Shown here: positions 40,547 to 44,106 of the stretch, in pieces
Numbering within the stretch: position 1 is the stretch's first letter
Layout of the letters: every line of letters starts with the position of its first letter
Source: a virus
Length of the DNA: 44,106 nt
Direction: 5' to 3' (one strand)
Virus record (IMG/VR): IMGVR_UViG_3300042934_000260
Location: 1-44,106 of that record
Translations under genes and position numbers: made by a program
Notes under the pieces: model-generated
Seen by the model: only the letters and a program-made list of their open reading frames with translations
The model's database searches: none
What the model was told of the DNA's origin: nothing

Positions 40547-40804
40547 TTATTGATTGTTTCGGATAGTTTTCATATGTTCCGCAAACTCGTCATAAGAACC
40601 CCAGAACAGTTCTCCGTATCCGAACTTTTTAATGATTACGACATCGAATTTAATCCAATCATCCTTTTGGTTATCGATAAATCGTTCGGCCCATTCATAA
40701 GCTTCGAGGTCTGTTTCATAGTTCCGTGGGCATTCCAGCACTCCGCCGACGCCTTGACCCTCGCGCCGTTGTTTTTTTGCGAATCCGATATCATAAGTTA
40801 CCAT
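40547..40804 (-). CDS. Hypothetical 85-aa protein (third gene of the reverse operon)
   Basis: RBS aggagg lies 7 nt before the ATG. No family recognised. AT-rich. Confidence 0.6.
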   Translation of the reverse strand: MVTYDIGFAKKQRREGQGVGGVLECPRNYETDLEAYEWAERFIDNQKDDWIKFDVVIIKKFGYGELFWGSYDEFAEHMKTIRNNQ

Positions 40805-40835
40805 GTGATTTCCTCCTGCGTTTAAAGCCCGTCGG

Positions 40836-40997
40836 CTATTGTTTGAGTACGCTTGCCTTTACGATTAACCACGTGTTCTTTTTCCCGATCCTCGCTTCGT
40901 AGATGCCAGATTTGCAGCGTCTTTGAATCGTTTTGGCTGTATCGCCGGTGAGCTCTACAGCTTCTTCGACGGTTATGACTTCTTCAAGTATATTCAT
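40836..40997 (-). CDS. 53-aa HTH DNA-binding protein (not in the ORF track)
   Basis: RBS aaggag lies 8 nt before the ATG. MNILEEVITVEEAVELTGDTAKTIQRRCKSGIYEARIGKKNTWLI is an Xis/MerR-like HTH. Confidence 0.6.
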   Translation of the reverse strand: MNILEEVITVEEAVELTGDTAKTIQRRCKSGIYEARIGKKNTWLIVKASVLKQ

Positions 40998-41009
40998 GGT
41001 GTTTGCTCC

Positions 41010-41366
41010 TTATGCTCCGATAATTTCCCATTCTTCCCCGGTAATGTCCCAGCCGGCGTTTTCTCCGGTGATCCAGTAGTAGTCCGAATCCATGTACAGC
41101 TTTTCGAGTGCTGTTTGCATGTCGTCATCTTCTGCGAACCCGGCATCAGTTGGCCGAACGACTTCATAAGTGAAATCTTCTATCCCCATTTCTCGAGCGG
41201 CAGCCAATGTGTGGTGACCGTCAAGCAAAACGTAAACGGCTTCGCCTTTAGTGTCTGTTCCGACTTGGGCAATTCTCAATTCCACTTCTCCATGCTGTTC
41301 GAGTTGGTGTTTCTTTTCTTCTACCACGTCTGTGTCAATGTGTCTTTGGCTGCTGATAATGTTCAT
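41010..41366 (-). CDS. ParB/Srx-fold (ParB-like nuclease domain) protein, 118 aa
   Basis: VYVLLDGHHTLAAAREMG matches the ParB N-terminal domain DGxHR-type motif. RBS gaggagga. First gene after the reverse promoter. Confidence 0.6.
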   Translation of the reverse strand: MNIISSQRHIDTDVVEEKKHQLEQHGEVELRIAQVGTDTKGEAVYVLLDGHHTLAAAREMGIEDFTYEVVRPTDAGFAEDDDMQTALEKLYMDSDYYWITGENAGWDITGEEWEIIGA

Positions 41367-41383
41367 TTTATTTCCTCCTCGTT

Positions 41384-41440
41384 TGTCGCAATCGCGACTT
41401 CTTATGAGTCAAATATAGCATGTCGCAATCACGACGTCAA
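41384..41440 (-). promoter_or_regulatory. Near-consensus leftward promoter with two operator palindromes
   Basis: On the - strand: TTGACG (41440-41435), a 17-nt spacer, then TATATT (41417-41412). TGTCGCAATC(G/A)CGAC occurs twice on the + strand (41384-41398 and 41421-41435), once in the spacer and once in the 5' UTR. Confidence 0.7.
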
Positions 41441-41510
41441 CAGGTATTTTAAAAGTTTTTACGCGGCCCCTTTTATGGCCTAAAGTTGGCCTATTTATTC
41501 CGCACAACTG

Positions 41511-41519
41511 TGCTAAAAT
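41511..41519 (+). promoter_or_regulatory. Extended -10 promoter (TGcTAAAAT) for the tRNA-like RNA
   Basis: TG at 41511-41512 and TAAAAT at 41514-41519. No good -35. Confidence 0.45.
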
Positions 41520-41588
41520 GGTAGTAGGTAAAGAGCGGGCACCGACGGCGGCACGCCCCCACGCGCTGGACGGTGCTTGTGTTTATAT

Positions 41589-41646
41589 GTCTCGGTAGCT
41601 CAGTCGGTAGAGCCGTGGTGCGCTGGTTCAATTCCAGTTCGAGGCA
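41589..41646 (+). ncRNA. 58-nt tRNA-like RNA lacking an anticodon arm
   Basis: The acceptor is GTCTCGG / TCGAGGC with discriminator A. The D arm is GCTC-AGTCGGTA-GAGC and the T arm is GCTGG-TTCAATT-CCAGT. Only 8 nt (CGTGGTGC) sit where the 17-nt anticodon arm and variable loop should be. Confidence 0.6.
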
Positions 41647-41660
41647 TTGTTTCCTCCGTT

Positions 41661-41680
41661 GACCCTTCGGGGTCTTTTTT
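41661..41680 (+). terminator. Rho-independent terminator after the tRNA-like RNA
   Basis: Stem GACCC / GGGTC, loop TTCG, then T6. Confidence 0.8.
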
Positions 41681-41698
41681 ATTTGATTTGAAAGGGTG

Positions 41699-41938
41699 AT
41701 GAACATGTATAAGAAGACACCGGAAGAACAAAAGGCAACGCTGGATCGTAGTCTGACGAATATCAAGCCGAGCGAAGACGCAATCGAGCGCATCGAGCAG
41801 TTGCGTGAAGCTGCTAAATCGTTGGGGCACCAGATCATCGACCTCTGTCCGGACAGCCGGGAGAAGTCGCTGGCACTGACGCACCTGGAAGAAACGGTAA
41901 TGTGGGGCGTTAAGTCGATCGTCTTGGAAAGCAATTAG
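41699..41938 (+). CDS. Small helical protein, possibly an Acb2-like nucleotide sponge (hypothesis)
   Basis: About 78 aa. IERIEQLREAAKSLGHQIIDLCPDSREKSLALTHLEETVMWGVKSIV fits the widespread phage motif CP..RE.SLA.T.LEE..MW. The family link is from memory. The start is ATG 41699 or 41705. Confidence 0.35.
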   Translation: MNMYKKTPEEQKATLDRSLTNIKPSEDAIERIEQLREAAKSLGHQIIDLCPDSREKSLALTHLEETVMWGVKSIVLESN

Positions 41939-41946
41939 GAAGGGTG

Positions 41947-42066
41947 ATGGGTGTGACATTCAGTGCCAATCTTGGTGGATGGGGAATTATTATCGCCTAC
42001 ACAATGTTTTGCTTGCTAGTTGGATATTGCGTCGGAGAATGGAAAGCGAAAAGAGGTGTGAAATGA
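41947..42066 (+). CDS. 39-aa single-TM mini-protein (not in the ORF track)
   Basis: RBS aggaaggg. MGVTFSANLGGWGIIIAYTMFCLLVGYCVGEWKAKRGVK. ATGA overlap with the next gene. Confidence 0.45.
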   Translation: MGVTFSANLGGWGIIIAYTMFCLLVGYCVGEWKAKRGVK

Positions 42067-42428
42067 AACTCCACACAGACGGAACCATCGAGGGAACGCC
42101 GGAGGAAGTGGCGGCTTATAAGCGGGAGATGTATCCGGTGCTTGTAACGGAAGGGCGGATCAAACCGCCGGACTTCCCTTTGCCGGGAGTGAATGTACGT
42201 CCGTCGGAAGTGACTCATGCCATTTCACAAAGCACGATTGCGAGCACAGGGCAGAGCTTGAAGGAACCGTTCAGCTGGAACGAATGGACAGGTGTATTAG
42301 AAAAGATGGACCGCGTGCGAGCATTCAAGTTCCCTAAAAGGTGGCTTGAGCGCTATACGGTTCTTGAACTGCTAGAGGAAGTCGATAAACGCAAGAAAGT
42401 CGCAAGGGAAACTGGAATGTACTTGTAA
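42063..42428 (+). CDS. Hypothetical protein (121 aa from ATG 42063)
   Basis: In frame with track ORF 41979..42428 and coupled to the upstream mini-ORF. Confidence 0.5.
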   Translation: MKLHTDGTIEGTPEEVAAYKREMYPVLVTEGRIKPPDFPLPGVNVRPSEVTHAISQSTIASTGQSLKEPFSWNEWTGVLEKMDRVRAFKFPKRWLERYTVLELLEEVDKRKKVARETGMYL

Positions 42429-42514
42429 CCCCGCAAACTAAACCCCAAACGCGCAGGAGGTGACGCGGAGTAGGGTGAGCGGACGCATTATATAGAAGGA
42501 AAGGAGCTGCGGTG

Positions 42515-43048
42515 ATGGAGTTGACTCCTAAGCAGGAAATGTTCGTTAAAGAATACCTGGTGGATCTCAACGCCACACAGGCGGCTATCAGAGCGGGATA
42601 CAGTGAAAGGACGGCTCGTGCAATCGCGAATGAAAACTTGACAAAGCCTTACATTCAAGAGGCAATTCAGAAAGCAATGGACATCCGCTCTAAACGCGTA
42701 CAGATCACGGCTGATCGTGTGTTGGAAGAGTATGCACGTATTGCTTTCTTCGACCCGCGTAAGCTGTATAACGACGATGGCACGCCTGTAGACTTGTCGC
42801 AACTGGATGAGGACACGGCTCGTGCAGTCATCAACATTGATGTGTATGAAGAGTTTACGGGATTCGGTGAGAACCGCGAGCAGATCGGTGTGACGAAAAA
42901 GTATAAGGTCGCGGATAAGGTGCGGGCTTTGGATAGCTTGGCGAAGCATCTTGGCATCTTGACGGATAAGGTCGAAATGTCCGGCGCTGGAGGTGGCCCG
43001 ATGCAGGTTATCTTTGACGCTGGTATGCGGAAGAAGGATGAGGCATGA
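42515..43048 (+). CDS. terS: Terminase small subunit (Terminase_2 family)
   Basis: MELTPKQEMFVKEYLVDLNATQAAIRAGYSERTARAIANENLTKP is the classic family N-terminus. RBS aaaggag. Confidence 0.9.
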   Translation: MELTPKQEMFVKEYLVDLNATQAAIRAGYSERTARAIANENLTKPYIQEAIQKAMDIRSKRVQITADRVLEEYARIAFFDPRKLYNDDGTPVDLSQLDEDTARAVINIDVYEEFTGFGENREQIGVTKKYKVADKVRALDSLAKHLGILTDKVEMSGAGGGPMQVIFDAGMRKKDEA

Positions 43049-44106
43049 GCCAGGTCATCATCCCATACAAGCCGCAGCCACGTCAGCAGCTCTATCACCA
43101 GGCAGACGGCGTAGATGAACTACTTTACGGAGGAGCAGCGGGCGGGGGGAAATCAGAAGCCACCATTTGGGACGCGCTCAAGTATGCGATGGAGTACCCG
43201 GGCAGCCGGCAGATCATCTTTCGTCGTACGTTCCCGGATCTGCAGCGTTCGATCATCGCTCGAACTGTTGAGGTGTACCCGAAAGAGTTGGGCAAATATA
43301 ACCAATCCAAGCACGAGTGGACGTTCGTCAACGGTTCGATTATCGAGCTTGCATACTTCGACAGCGACAGCCACAAGACGAACTACCAGGGCGCGGAGTA
43401 TGACGTCATACGCTGGGAAGAGCTGACGCAGTTTGAAGAGGGCTGGTACACGTACATGCTGTCCCGCCTGCGTGGATCGAAGCCTTATCCGCGCTACGTT
43501 AAGAGCACGACGAACCCAGGAAACGTGGGGCATGCTTGGGTGAAACGCCGCTTCATTGATATTGGGGAATGGGAGCAGGTTCACACCGTGCAAGAGACGG
43601 ATGCGAACGGCGACTCTTTATTTCATCCGGACACGAAAGAGCCGATCATCACCAAGCGCGTATTCATCCCGGCCAAGGTACAGGATAACCCGGCGCTGCT
43701 TGAAGCGGATCCGAACTACATCGTGCGTCTGATGCAGCTTCCGGAGCAAGAACGTAAGCAGCTCCTTGATGGAGACTGGGACACGTTTGCCGGTCAGTAT
43801 TTCAGCGAATTTAGCCGGGCGATACACGTCGTCGATCCGTTCGACATCCCGCAGGAATGGCCCAAGTTCCGGGCGATGGACGAAGGGTATGCCGATCCCT
43901 TCGTTTGTCTGTGGATCACACTGGCACCGGACGGCACAGCTTATCTATACCGGGAGCTTGCAAAGTCTAAGCTTTTGACAAGCGAACAAATCGAGCTGGT
44001 AAAGCTGAACAGTCCCATCCTTGAGCGCTACGAATACAACGTGGCTGATACGAGCTTTTGGAACCAGAGCAAGACGGAGAACACGAACCCGGCCGAGATC
44101 TTCGCC
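43045..44106 (+). CDS. terL: Terminase large subunit, N-terminal (ATPase) part; open to the window end and continues at 128..511
   Basis: ATGA overlap with the terS stop. Walker A is YGGAAGGGKSEA and Walker B-like is YDVIRWEELTQF. No stop before the window end. This ORF is absent from the track because it is unterminated. Confidence 0.9.
   Translation, partial: MSQVIIPYKPQPRQQLYHQADGVDELLYGGAAGGGKSEATIWDALKYAMEYPGSRQIIFRRTFPDLQRSIIARTVEVYPKELGKYNQSKHEWTFVNGSIIELAYFDSDSHKTNYQGAEYDVIRWEELTQFEEGWYTYMLSRLRGSKPYPRYVKSTTNPGNVGHAWVKRRFIDIGEWEQVHTVQETDANGDSLFHPDTKEPIITKRVFIPAKVQDNPALLEADPNYIVRLMQLPEQERKQLLDGDWDTFAGQYFSEFSRAIHVVDPFDIPQEWPKFRAMDEGYADPFVCLWITLAPDGTAYLYRELAKSKLLTSEQIELVKLNSPILERYEYNVADTSFWNQSKTENTNPAEIFA
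43980..44106. repeat. Right copy of the 127-bp terminal duplication
   Basis: Identical to 1-127. Confidence 0.95.

Larger units (their letters stand above)
1..44106. mobile_element. Complete temperate tailed-phage genome (unit 43,979 bp), circular assembly opened inside terL
   Basis: Packaging, head, tail-hub, ejection, lysis, lysogeny, replication and late-regulator modules are all present. Bases 1-127 are identical to 43980-44106. Confidence 0.9.

Noticed and set aside
40523-41483. + strand track ORFs 40523..40825 and 40923..41483
   Set aside because: Their translations are Phe/Cys/Ser-rich mirror frames of the - strand genes 40547..40804, 40836..40997 and 41010..41366. Those - strand genes have strong RBSs, a promoter and a terminator.
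41589-41646. Canonical tRNA gene
   Set aside because: Only 58 nt separate the paired acceptor strands. There is no room for an anticodon stem-loop, so no anticodon or isotype can be assigned. It is reported as a tRNA-like ncRNA or possible pseudogene instead.

Overview
The window holds one complete temperate phage genome. Bases 1-127 are identical to 43980-44106, so the unit length is 43,979 bp. The assembly is circular and was opened inside the large-terminase gene. Gene order on the + strand is:
- terS and terL, portal, scaffold, a decoration-like protein, a Mu gpT-type major capsid protein
- a collagen-like fibre mini-module
- an adaptor-like protein, a tail fibre and an acyltransferase-3 gene, in a stretch that is AT-rich from about 8.7 kb on
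- a second adaptor-like protein, a 476-aa hub/nozzle-like protein, and two very large ejection-type proteins (811 and 1505 aa)
- an XhlA-like, amidase and holin lysis cassette

The lysogeny module is on the - strand: a secreted-repeat moron, a putative attP, a tyrosine integrase, ImmA and an XRE repressor. It faces a long + strand early operon with Cro-like and HTH proteins, Erf, SSB, a DnaD-like organiser, a G39P-like loader, DnaB, RusA, a minimal Dcm-like protein, a PAPS-reductase/DndC-like protein, many small ORFs and ArpU.

No tail tube, sheath or tape-measure set is recognisable, so a short-tailed (P22/T7-like hub) virion is inferred. XhlA, ArpU, ImmA plus an XRE repressor, the G39P-like/DnaB pair and a Cu-amine-oxidase-like wall-binding domain suggest a Bacillales host such as Paenibacillus or Brevibacillus. 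That is inference only.

Most interesting observations:
1. A three-gene reverse-strand operon (ParB/Srx-like, HTH, 85-aa unknown) has a near-consensus promoter and two operator palindromes. It sits between arpU and terS.
2. Next to it is a promoter-to-terminator RNA unit. It encodes a 58-nt tRNA-like molecule with acceptor, D and T arms but no anticodon arm.
3. A 27-bp perfect direct repeat brackets the Dcm-like gene, directly upstream of the PAPS-reductase/DndC-like gene.
4. Iterons plus an AT-rich repeat lie inside the DnaD-like gene and look like an origin.
5. A tail-fibre plus acyltransferase cassette interrupts the structural operon.

All calls come from reading the sequence and translations by eye. 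No database search was run.
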